64,000 nt of DNA from an uncultured Lachnospiraceae bacterium (GCA_964638675.1 CAZXAU010000001.1:56966-120965), one strand, 5' to 3'. Positions 37,388 through 45,989 are shown, counted from the first letter of the stretch. The notes: generated by a model not told the origin, from the letters alone. Made by a program: numbers and translations.

Positions 37388-37513
37388 AAAAACGCCCTCA
37401 CTCCCGTTGTTCTCATTGTTCTTCCGATAACACTTACAGCATCTGCCGAGAAAGAAAAATATGCTCTTAAAAATATAACTAAGGAAGAATTCAACTATTT
37501 GTACGGCGAAAAA
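37366..37513 (+). pseudogene. Truncated, start-less duplicate of the SD and first ~45 codons of the 34629 gene
   Basis: It aligns with 34611-34772. AAAGAAAGAGGTCAGAT is shared, ATG is replaced by ATA, a 14-nt net deletion lies in the signal-peptide region, and then 91 of 102 positions are identical by hand count. Homology stops at the terminator. Confidence 0.8.
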
Positions 37514-37556
37514 ATGCGGAAATTGCAACTTGATATTGCAATTTCCGCATTTTATT
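37509..37556. terminator. Bidirectional terminator between the accessory patch and the convergent phosphoesterase gene
   Basis: AAAAAATGCGGAAATTGCAA cttgata TTGCAATTTCCGCATTTTATTTTT. Confidence 0.85.
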
Positions 37557-38679
37557 TTTCTATAAACATTTTATCATATGTTTTTCCCGAATGGTCTGTG
37601 ATCTGACAGCCTATGCCGTCTTGCTTTACTGTCAGAGCGAGGCCTTTATAGCCAACAACCTGTCCGGCATCATCCCTTACGAGCATTCCCGAAACTGCGA
37701 TAGGGCAGGGCAGAAGTCCATAGCTGTCAAGAGCTCCTTTTTTGTCCGAAAATACCGTTTTGTGAAGGTGACCCGATATCATGAGATGCGGCTTTATATT
37801 TTCACCGATAAGTTTCAGCCATTCACGGTATATATCGCCTTCGATATCAAAGGGAGGCTGATTTTTAAGGCAGAAGGGAATATGACTTATGACGATTCTG
37901 TACTCGGCAGAGCTTTCCATATACTCCGATTTTCTATTTTCAATGACTTTTTTTATAAATTCGGTTTCTGCCTTGCGGAATATATGACATACATCGGTGC
38001 TTCCGTATTCGGGATGTGAATCGGGCTTATCCTCGCCGCAGTCAAGAACGATTCCCCATATTTTCCCGAGTCTGAATGTATAATAAGGTGTTCCGTTTTC
38101 GTTTGGGGTGTAATTTTCGAGCATTTCGGCGTATCTTCCACGGAGATCATGATTTCCTCTTGAAAATATACAGGGATGCTCTCCTTTTGTTATCTCTTCG
38201 CAAAGAGCAAACATAAGATCAAAGTTTTTTATATTGTCACTGCTGTCGTTGATATCACCGTTAAGTATCAGAAGATCTATATCATCCCCGAAGTATTTTC
38301 CTGCCATAGCGGGATATTCGTAATTCCCATGCGTATCTGAGAGTATGTAAATGTTGATATCACCGTCTTTTCTGACAGGGACGAAATTGAAGGATATCTC
38401 CACGGTCTCTTCGCTCTGCGTGAAATACGGCTTTCTTTCTTTGATTTTTCTGTATCTGAGAGTGTACATACCTGCTTCATCCAGCTTTGAGATCGGAACC
38501 TTGATCTTGTGGACGAGCCCGAGCGATCTGCGTATACCACCCGAATGGTCAAAATATTCGCTGTCACCGATTTTTATACTGAGAAGAATCTCGCTCTTTG
38601 TCAGAACAATAATTTCATAATTATTTCCGCAAGCAAACACCGCAGGCGTAAAGCGTATCTCTTTAAGTTCTTTTTTCAT
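37552..38679 (-). CDS. Calcineurin-like metallophosphoesterase
   Basis: Motifs ILSDTHGN, LNGDINDS, SRGNHD, SGHLH. The start is taken as ATG 38679 (MKKELK); the alternative ATG 38691 lies inside repeat B. Confidence 0.8.
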   Translation of the reverse strand: MKKELKEIRFTPAVFACGNNYEIIVLTKSEILLSIKIGDSEYFDHSGGIRRSLGLVHKIKVPISKLDEAGMYTLRYRKIKERKPYFTQSEETVEISFNFVPVRKDGDINIYILSDTHGNYEYPAMAGKYFGDDIDLLILNGDINDSSDNIKNFDLMFALCEEITKGEHPCIFSRGNHDLRGRYAEMLENYTPNENGTPYYTFRLGKIWGIVLDCGEDKPDSHPEYGSTDVCHIFRKAETEFIKKVIENRKSEYMESSAEYRIVISHIPFCLKNQPPFDIEGDIYREWLKLIGENIKPHLMISGHLHKTVFSDKKGALDSYGLLPCPIAVSGMLVRDDAGQVVGYKGLALTVKQDGIGCQITDHSGKTYDKMFIEK

Positions 38680-38812
38680 ATTTATAACCATAGCTTTCGC
38701 ATTGCGAAAGCTTCCTTTCCTGAGGAATTGTGGCTGGTTTTGTGAAGCAAAATCGCCGCCGCGACGGCGGCGAAAGCCACAAAACGCCGTTTGAAAGATT
38801 TATCTTTCAAAC
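38680..38812 (-). repeat. Intergenic repeat family B, copy 1 (ends at the phosphoesterase start codon)
   Basis: On the minus strand: GTTTGAAAGATAAATCTTTCAAAC - GGCGTTTTGTGGCTTTCGCC - hairpin - GGCGATTTTGCTTCACAAAACCAGCC - GAAAGG - AAGCTTTCGCAATGCGAAAGC - ATGGTTATAAATATG. Confidence 0.9.
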
Positions 38813-38820
38813 TTCTCTCT

Positions 38821-39759
38821 TTATTTTGTTCTGCTCAGCTTTTCGTTTGTCCAGCTGATAATGTCGTCATATATCTGTTCTCTGTTTATCTCACTCAGAA
38901 GATCGTGCCGTGCCTCGGGGTATATGTTTGCTTCAATATCAGATATTCCGAATGATTTATATGCCGCACCGATCTTCCTGACATCCTCGCCGTACATTCC
39001 GACAGGATCATCTTCGCCCGAGAGTAATAATATAGGCAGCCCTTTGTCGGTCTTTTCATAGGTCTCATTGCTGTTTGCCCTGAGCTGAAGGGACAAAAGA
39101 GCGGCGAGTGATGAAACGGTAAGACGAAAACCGCATTTTGAGTCGGATATATATTCATCTGCTTTATTTTTATCTCTTGTAAGCCAGGCAAACGGTCTGC
39201 CCCTTTCGCATCTTGAATTGTATGAGTCGAAAATAAGCTTTTCGCAGAATTTTGAATAGCTCCTTCTTCCATTTGACTGCGCTAGGGTTTCGGCAAGTGC
39301 AAGTGCAAATCTTGCCGATGTCCGGGGCGTTCCGCTTCCGCAAATGAGTGCGGCATCAAACAATCCCTTTTTTGCACGGGATATCGCCATTCGTGCAATA
39401 AGTGATCCCGACGAGTTGCCGAAGATCACAAGCGGAAGTCCTTCATGCTCTGCCTTGATACGCTCTGCATCGTAAAGAATATCCCCGACAAGTGCATCAG
39501 CGCCCGCTTCGAGCGGAATATGTCCTAAGTCTTTAATATCTGTGACAGAATCGCCGTGTCCGATATGGTCGTGGCAAACAGATATATAGCCGTTGTCGCA
39601 GAGATGATCCATAAAAGGGACGTATCTTTTTTTATGCTCAGCCATTCCGTGAGAAATGATGAATATGCCCTTAGGCTCGGAATCGGGCATCATCTTTATG
39701 CCACGAAGGGTAGATATGTCATCGCATGACTGAATTGTGTATTCTGTAATTCTGTTCAT
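38821..39759 (-). CDS. Alpha/beta hydrolase (lysophospholipase / monoacylglycerol-lipase-like)
   Basis: HGMAEHKKRY oxyanion region, nucleophile elbow GNSSGS, and a C-terminal ARHDLL His motif. The start is probably ATG 39759 (MNRITEY) rather than the TTG at 39786. Confidence 0.8.
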   Translation of the reverse strand: MNRITEYTIQSCDDISTLRGIKMMPDSEPKGIFIISHGMAEHKKRYVPFMDHLCDNGYISVCHDHIGHGDSVTDIKDLGHIPLEAGADALVGDILYDAERIKAEHEGLPLVIFGNSSGSLIARMAISRAKKGLFDAALICGSGTPRTSARFALALAETLAQSNGRRSYSKFCEKLIFDSYNSRCERGRPFAWLTRDKNKADEYISDSKCGFRLTVSSLAALLSLQLRANSNETYEKTDKGLPILLLSGEDDPVGMYGEDVRKIGAAYKSFGISDIEANIYPEARHDLLSEINREQIYDDIISWTNEKLSRTK

Positions 39760-39805
39760 AAGCTCTCTCTGTTTTTTATAAATCAAATTCCGAATTTTTC
39801 GTATA

Positions 39806-40060
39806 GGAAGGGAAGAGGAGGGGAGGGAAGAGTGAAGAGTGAAAAGTGAAGAGGTGGATAGACCAATTAATTTTGAAAAAAATTGATAAAACGTGTGGGG
39901 GAGGGGGGCCCCACATGACGGCTACGAATCAAGCGGCTACAGCTTCAGCACCACTTCAGCGAAGCCCCATACCTTCCCTCTCCAATAAAGTCTTTGAGGG
40001 GGGAGGTGACATTTTCTGTTGAAAATGTCACCGGGGGAACTTTCTACAGAAAGTTCCCCC
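39806..40060 (-). repeat. Intergenic repeat family A, copy 2 (starts 14 nt after the rlmI-like stop)
   Basis: The reverse complement aligns block by block with 3212-3447. It has two tandem hairpins (GGGGGAACTTTCTGTAGAAAGTTCCCCC and GGTGACATTTTCAACAGAAAATGTCACC) and a pyrimidine-rich tail. Confidence 0.9.
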
Positions 40061-40073
40061 ATATTAAATCATT

Positions 40074-41309
40074 TCAAACCACACGGAAAATGTAGAATTT
40101 AAGGTATTCGGTCTCTGGCATATTCCAGAGGATCGGGTGATCGCAGGCTTGTTGCCTGCCTTCGATCTGCATAAGAGATACGCCGGCGTCCTTGGCGGCT
40201 TCGCTTAGCATTGAGCAGAAATAGCTGTCTCTCATAAAATGTGAGCAGGAGCAGGTTGCGAGATATCCGCCTCTCGGCATGGCGCGCATTGCAAGGGTGT
40301 TCAGCCTTAGATAGCCTTTATATGCATTCTTTACGGTGTCTCCCGATTTGGTAAAGGCAGGGGGATCGAGAATGATGAAGTCATAAAGCTTTTTAGAGCT
40401 GTCGACAAGCTGTTGCAGATAGTCAAACATGTCCGAGCGAACGAAATCAATATTGGTAAATCCGTTCAGTTCGGCGTTTTTGCGAGCATTTTCAAGCGCA
40501 GATGCCGATACATCGAGCGCAGTAACGCTTTTCGCACCGCCGGCACAGGCATTGAGGGCAAATGCCCCAGTGTGAGTGCATACATCGAGAACCGACGAGT
40601 TTTTTGCAATTTTACGGATTGCAAGCCGATTGTATTTCTGATCGAGAAAATAACCGGTCTTCTGTCCGTCTATATAATCGACATTGTAGAGTATCCCGTT
40701 TTCGTTTATAATGCATTTTCCGTCAGAGCTACCGAGCAGACCGTGGGCAGAGTAAAAGCCTTTGTACTTTTCCATTCCCTCGAGTAAACGTATTTCACCC
40801 TCGTTACGCTCGTAGATCACATCGATCTTCTCACCGAGCGAGGACAGCTCATCAAGCAGAGCATGATAGATAACATCTTTCCGCAGTTCAATTCCGAGTG
40901 ATAGCACTTCGCTGACAAGCACATTTCCGAAACGGTCGACAGTAAGTCCGGGGAAGCCGTCAGCTTCTCCGAAGATCAAACGGCAGCATTTGAAATCGTC
41001 TCCCGGCATCGTCTTGAATCTGTAAGATACAGCATAAGATACACGGCGTCTCCAGAATCCACCGTCAAAACGGTCATTTGCGTTTTTTGAGAGGACACGC
41101 AGGGCAATCTTTGAATTGTTGTTGTAAAATCCGCTGCCGAGATAATTACCCTTTTTACCGATAATGTCGGCAATGCAACCGTTTTCAAGCGGTAACTCTC
41201 CTTGGATGCGTTCGGCGATCTCATCACGGTAAACCCACAGATGACCGCCTTTCAGGCTTTTTTCAGCTTTTTCGCTGACAATAATTGAAGAATAAGGTCT
41301 TTGTTTCAT
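40074..41309 (-). CDS. rlmI: PUA-domain class I SAM-dependent rRNA (cytosine-C5) methyltransferase, RlmI-like
   Basis: The 411-aa protein has an N-terminal PUA-like region (GHLWVYRDEI), the SAM motif VLDVCTHTGAFAL, and ILDPPAF. Confidence 0.75.
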   Translation of the reverse strand: MKQRPYSSIIVSEKAEKSLKGGHLWVYRDEIAERIQGELPLENGCIADIIGKKGNYLGSGFYNNNSKIALRVLSKNANDRFDGGFWRRRVSYAVSYRFKTMPGDDFKCCRLIFGEADGFPGLTVDRFGNVLVSEVLSLGIELRKDVIYHALLDELSSLGEKIDVIYERNEGEIRLLEGMEKYKGFYSAHGLLGSSDGKCIINENGILYNVDYIDGQKTGYFLDQKYNRLAIRKIAKNSSVLDVCTHTGAFALNACAGGAKSVTALDVSASALENARKNAELNGFTNIDFVRSDMFDYLQQLVDSSKKLYDFIILDPPAFTKSGDTVKNAYKGYLRLNTLAMRAMPRGGYLATCSCSHFMRDSYFCSMLSEAAKDAGVSLMQIEGRQQACDHPILWNMPETEYLKFYIFRVV

Positions 41310-41352
41310 TGTTATTATATGTTTGTGTTATTTAAGAATCCTGATTTGTTGT

Positions 41353-43956
41353 TTATATGTTTTCGTCAAGCCACTTCCATCTGCTTTCGATAAAATCTCC
41401 AAGATATTTTATCTGTTTTGCATAGGTGTTGTATTGCTTGATAGACGAATCCTCACAGCCTACACGCTTGTTCAGAATATCCCACTTTTCAAAGTTGTAG
41501 TCTGCCGAGCGTTCGACAAGTGCCGAATATGTGTTGACCGTGTTTCTCATGTTTTCAAGTATGTCGTACTTGACTTCGTCCCATCTTAGCTTGAAGAGCT
41601 CACGGAAATATGGGTCGTTGATAAGATAAACCATCCAGTTATCCCAGATATAGTCGCTTGTTGTGTCTGCTGTTGCCCAGGTCGAATATGTCTTGTCATC
41701 CTTCCAGAAATTTCCGAAAGCGTTATCGAAATCCCACAGCGGCCCCATGGTGAGTTTGCCGCCTGCATCTTTTGTAAAATAACAGCTTCTTCTGAAGCAA
41801 CAGTCTATATTATAGCTGAGCTCCTGAATGATCACCCAGTCAATCAGGGCACCCATATCTATATATTCCCAATAGCCGTCGCTTGCCATGACCGATTTAT
41901 CGGCGTTTACCGTCCAATTTTTGATAAAAGCGACCTGCTCTTTTGTGAGCGTTCCCTCATCGGGGGCTTTGACCTTTACATACTTGCAAAGGGTCGTATA
42001 GAAGCAGGTTTCATTCCATACATCGGCAGACGATGTTCCGCCGATCTCAAGAAGATACCCTGTATCGGTATCGGAGCCGTTGTCGGCAAGCTCGACTCTT
42101 CCCGAATTTGCCTGAAGCTGTTCGCCCATCGTGTATACACCGACATACTCTCCGTTGAAAAAGAGGTCAACAGGGTACTGAGTCGGGGTATATGAAAGAT
42201 TTGAAAGAATTTTTCCTGCCTCGGTTGCAACGGTGTTCCTGATAAGTGATTTATCCGAATAATTCGCAAGCAGTACCCATTGTTTATGAGCCTCAAGACC
42301 GAAAACTGATACCTTTGAATCAAATTTGATCTTATACGGCTTTTTGTCCCACTTCCAGGTGGAATGCCCACGTCCTCGTATCTGTATATTTTGCAGATCT
42401 ATCTCATCAAAATACGGGCAACCGTCGGTATTCATATAAAAGGTTGCGTTTTGATATTCTTCGTTTGATTCAACCGCAGAGCCGCTCTGTGTATTGATTA
42501 CGACCACAGGAAGAGCAGAGGGCTGATAATCCGCTTTGATAAGATATCTGCTTGTCTTGCCGTTTTTGTCGGTGACATTCAGATAGCATCCGCTGTCATA
42601 AAGCAGATTGACCGTTCCATCATCGCTGAGAACCGTTTTATCAAATTCTACCTTTCCGCCGTTTGTGGCAGTGTATGTGAGTATAGCACTCTCGAGTGTA
42701 CGTGTATCAACGATGCAGTCGATCGTTGCACTCAGTACATAGCCGTCTGCACGGAAAAATATATCACGGGTGAGATTTTTATTGTTCTTTTTGAGAAGAG
42801 ATATCATTGAAAGCACCGAAGTACTCTCACCGCCGAGCACGTAGTCGCTGGGGGCAATGCCGTTCACAGAAAGAACATCCATGACCGAAACTATATCAAG
42901 CATTGAAATTCCCTCATTCCTCGGGATGCTCCATGTGATCTGAGCCTGTGCGGCATTGATTTTTATCGGAATATCGGGAAGCGTAACATTCTTGCCTGAT
43001 GAAAATGTCATTTTACATTTTTGGTCGGTGTCAATATTTATGGCTTTTTCGAGTGTGACGCCGTCAGCAAATTCAATCGAAACAGGCATACTGAAGTCAA
43101 TTTCGCTTTCGATCGTATAATTGCCCGAGAGCGTGAGCTTCGTATCGGGGTAAAGGTGCGGCAGGCACTCGTTATCAATAAGATCGAGCAATTCTTTTTC
43201 GCTGAATATCTTTATACTGTTGAAGTCAAGAACCCTTCCGTTGTATGCATACACGCGAAGATAGTAGGTCGGATTTGCGACTATCTTTTTTATTGTCGGA
43301 ATTTTGAGTGTCAGATTTTCGGCTTCGGCAAATATATTACTCGGAGAAAATTCTCCGTCGCCCTCTTCGCTGATTCGCAGTGTTCCTTCAAGGGCGGTAG
43401 ATATATAAAGCATTTCGGGCGAAAAGACACAATCCTTTATGCCGATAGTCAGAGGTCTTTCAATATTAAAGCGGCCCGAAGATATATTGATCGGTATAAT
43501 GACAGTGTCATACAGAGCAGTTGATGAAAGCATTACAGCCAATTCATCGGCGTTGAAGGGGTAGCCTACAAGTACAGTCGAGCCATCCTTTTCGTACCTG
43601 ACCTCGATCGAAATAAGCGAGCTTTTTTCTACGGCAAAGCTGTGCTTTTCTCCTGCCTCAACTATAAAATTCTTTGAAACTACATCATCTCCCGAGAGAC
43701 ATTTGAGCGTAAAGTCATATCGGACATCCGAAGTGTTTTCAACTTCGATCGTTTCGTTTCCGAGCTCGGTAATAACGCTTTCGGGTGGCTCAGGCGTTCT
43801 GAATATTGTACCTGTCTGTGAGCCGGTGACAGTAAATGAGAGCGATTCACTCGGTGGGGGATCTTCTGTATGACAGCCCGGAAAGGCGAGAATTATCAGG
43901 AGCAGAATAAGAGCAAAAACAGATATATGTCCGATCCTTGTTTTTGATTTTTTCAT
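41353..43956 (-). CDS. CotH-kinase-family protein with N-terminal signal peptide and Ig-like region
   Basis: Signal peptide ending AFPGC. The C-terminal half has typical CotH blocks (IRGRGHSTWKWDKKPYKIKF, WVLLANYSDKSLIRN, PVDLFFNGEYVGVY, LWDFDNAFG). Confidence 0.75.
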   Translation of the reverse strand: MKKSKTRIGHISVFALILLLIILAFPGCHTEDPPPSESLSFTVTGSQTGTIFRTPEPPESVITELGNETIEVENTSDVRYDFTLKCLSGDDVVSKNFIVEAGEKHSFAVEKSSLISIEVRYEKDGSTVLVGYPFNADELAVMLSSTALYDTVIIPINISSGRFNIERPLTIGIKDCVFSPEMLYISTALEGTLRISEEGDGEFSPSNIFAEAENLTLKIPTIKKIVANPTYYLRVYAYNGRVLDFNSIKIFSEKELLDLIDNECLPHLYPDTKLTLSGNYTIESEIDFSMPVSIEFADGVTLEKAINIDTDQKCKMTFSSGKNVTLPDIPIKINAAQAQITWSIPRNEGISMLDIVSVMDVLSVNGIAPSDYVLGGESTSVLSMISLLKKNNKNLTRDIFFRADGYVLSATIDCIVDTRTLESAILTYTATNGGKVEFDKTVLSDDGTVNLLYDSGCYLNVTDKNGKTSRYLIKADYQPSALPVVVINTQSGSAVESNEEYQNATFYMNTDGCPYFDEIDLQNIQIRGRGHSTWKWDKKPYKIKFDSKVSVFGLEAHKQWVLLANYSDKSLIRNTVATEAGKILSNLSYTPTQYPVDLFFNGEYVGVYTMGEQLQANSGRVELADNGSDTDTGYLLEIGGTSSADVWNETCFYTTLCKYVKVKAPDEGTLTKEQVAFIKNWTVNADKSVMASDGYWEYIDMGALIDWVIIQELSYNIDCCFRRSCYFTKDAGGKLTMGPLWDFDNAFGNFWKDDKTYSTWATADTTSDYIWDNWMVYLINDPYFRELFKLRWDEVKYDILENMRNTVNTYSALVERSADYNFEKWDILNKRVGCEDSSIKQYNTYAKQIKYLGDFIESRWKWLDENI

Positions 43957-44190
43957 AATGGTTCTAAATCTCCGTATACTTTTTTCATTCGATCTATTAT
44001 AAAATCAAGCTGATGTTTACCATAATCCATTATCGATTATAACCGATTATATCGGTCATGTCAATAGATAAAAAGTTAATAAGAAGTGAAGTTTGGGCGA
44101 AAAGAATGTATTATTGCTTTCGATATCTGTGAATTACTTGAAATTGATGATAAATATTGATTATATCAGATTATTTTTTTCAAAAAACTG

Positions 44191-44219
44191 TTTACAAAAC
44201 AAAGAGAATGTAATATAAT
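44191..44219 (+). promoter_or_regulatory. Promoter of cysS
   Basis: TTTACA, a 17-nt spacer, then TATAAT. About 175 nt upstream of ATG 44402. Confidence 0.65.
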
Positions 44220-44268
44220 GTAGGTAATTTATAATACATAAAATTCAATAAATACAAAAGGATAAAAG

Positions 44269-44401
44269 GTTTGAAAGATTAATCTTTCAAACAGCGTTTT
44301 GTGGCTTTCGCAACCGAAACGGTGGCGATTTTGCTCTGCAAAACCAGCCCCAATTCCGAAAGAAAGGAAGCTTTCGCAATGCGAAAGCTATGGTCAAAAA
44401 T
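44269..44401 (+). repeat. Intergenic repeat family B, copy 2 (ends at the cysS start codon)
   Basis: Same block order as copy 1. The palindrome is GTTTGAAAGATTAATCTTTCAAAC and the variable hairpin is ACCGAAACGGT. It ends ...GCGAAAGCTATGGTCAAAAATATG. Confidence 0.9.
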
Positions 44402-45847
44402 ATGAAGCTTTATAATTCACTTACAAGAACACGCGAGGAGTTTGTGCCGAGAGAGGAAAACAAGGTCAACATATATACGTGCGGTCCTACGGTATATCAC
44501 TTTGCACACATAGGAAATCTCAGAACATATATTATGGAGGATATTCTCGAAAAATATCTGAGACATATCGGATATGATGTCACGAGAGTAATGAACATAA
44601 CAGATGTCGGACACCTGACCAGCGATGCCGATACAGGTGAGGATAAGATGCTCAAGGGCGCAAAACGTGAGCATAAGACGGTCATGGAGATCGCCAAGTT
44701 CTATACCGACGCCTTTTTCTCCGATTGCAAAAAGCTGAACATAAAAACCCCCGACATCGTGAAGCCGGCTACCGAATGTATCGATGAATTCATCAAGGTC
44801 ATATCGTCACTCCTTGATAAGGGATATGCATATGAAGCGGGCGGAAATATCTACTTTGACACTTCAAAGCTCGAAAATTATTATGTTTTTCATAATTTTG
44901 AGGAGGAAGACCTTGAAGTCGGTGTGCGTGACGGTGTTGAGGCTGACGGAAATAAGCGGAACAAGGCGGATTTTGTACTTTGGTTTACAAAATCGAAATT
45001 TGACGATCAGGAACTCAAATGGGACAGTCCGTGGGGCGTGGGATATCCCGGATGGCATATCGAATGCTCATGCATTTCTATGAAATATCTCGGCGAATAT
45101 CTCGATATTCACTGCGGAGGCATTGATAACGCATTCCCTCACCACACCAACGAGATCGCGCAGAGCGAGGCATATCTCGGTCATAAGTGGTGCAATTATT
45201 GGTTTCACGTTCTTCACCTCAATACAAACAGCGGCAAAATGTCGAAATCAAAGGGAGAATTCCTCACTGTTTCTCTGCTTGAGGAAAAGGGCTACGATCC
45301 TATGGTATACCGTATGTTCTGCCTGCAATCTCACTATCGCAAATCGCTCGTATTTTCATGGGAGAATCTTGACAATGCAAAGATCGCATATACTAAGCTT
45401 GTTCAGAAGATCGCCGCAATAGCTGACGAGGGAGAGACAGATCCCGAAATGCTCGCAAAGCTGATATCCGATTTCAGATCGGCACTTGACAACGACCTTA
45501 ATACATCGCTTGCGATCACATCAATATACAATGTACTGAAATCGTCGGCAAACGGACATACTAAGCTTGAGGCGATCCGTATGTTTGATACAGTCCTCTC
45601 GCTCGATCTTTTGAAGGCTGCTGTAAAAATCAGAGAGGAAAACAAAAAAGCACAGTCTGAAAAGACAGATGCCGCAGAATCGGACGATCCGTTTATCCGC
45701 ATGATAAAAGAGCAGATCGAGCTTCGCAAAGCCGCAAAGAAAGCAAAGAATTATGCAGAAGCGGACAGAATAAGAAATGAGCTTGAACAAAAGGGAGTTA
45801 TCCTGACCGACACGGCACAGGGTACAGTATTTACCGTAAAAGTCTGA
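44402..45847 (+). CDS. cysS: Cysteine--tRNA ligase
   Basis: Canonical N-terminus MKLYNSLTR at ATG 44402. HIGH motif (HFAHIGNLR) and KMSKS (GKMSKSKG). 481 aa. Confidence 0.96.
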   Translation: MKLYNSLTRTREEFVPREENKVNIYTCGPTVYHFAHIGNLRTYIMEDILEKYLRHIGYDVTRVMNITDVGHLTSDADTGEDKMLKGAKREHKTVMEIAKFYTDAFFSDCKKLNIKTPDIVKPATECIDEFIKVISSLLDKGYAYEAGGNIYFDTSKLENYYVFHNFEEEDLEVGVRDGVEADGNKRNKADFVLWFTKSKFDDQELKWDSPWGVGYPGWHIECSCISMKYLGEYLDIHCGGIDNAFPHHTNEIAQSEAYLGHKWCNYWFHVLHLNTNSGKMSKSKGEFLTVSLLEEKGYDPMVYRMFCLQSHYRKSLVFSWENLDNAKIAYTKLVQKIAAIADEGETDPEMLAKLISDFRSALDNDLNTSLAITSIYNVLKSSANGHTKLEAIRMFDTVLSLDLLKAAVKIREENKKAQSEKTDAAESDDPFIRMIKEQIELRKAAKKAKNYAEADRIRNELEQKGVILTDTAQGTVFTVKV

Positions 45848-45989
45848 AAAATACATTTTTCAGACACCGTTTTGTGGCTTTCGCCTTGCGGTCTCCGCAA
45901 TCTGTACGGCAGCGATTTTGCTTCGCAAAACCAGCCCCAACTCCGGGGGAAAGGAAGCTTTCGCATAAGCGAAAGCAATGGTCATAAAA
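45844..45989 (+). repeat. Intergenic repeat family B, copy 3 (ends at the lipoprotein start codon)
   Basis: The conserved arms and the start-proximal hairpin (AAGCTTTCGCATAAGCGAAAGC) are present. The 24-nt palindrome is replaced by the hairpin CTGAAAAATACATTTTTCAG, which overlaps the cysS stop. Confidence 0.85.

Noticed and set aside
43021-43524. 167-aa plus-strand ORF inside the CotH-family gene
   Set aside because: It is antisense to a long gene with recognisable CotH blocks, and it has no start-site signals.
44220-44401. T-box leader upstream of cysS (also looked upstream of ileS at 62368-62521)
   Set aside because: Neither interval has a T-box consensus, specifier-loop context or terminator/antiterminator pair. 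The ileS spacer (154 nt) is also too short for a typical T-box.
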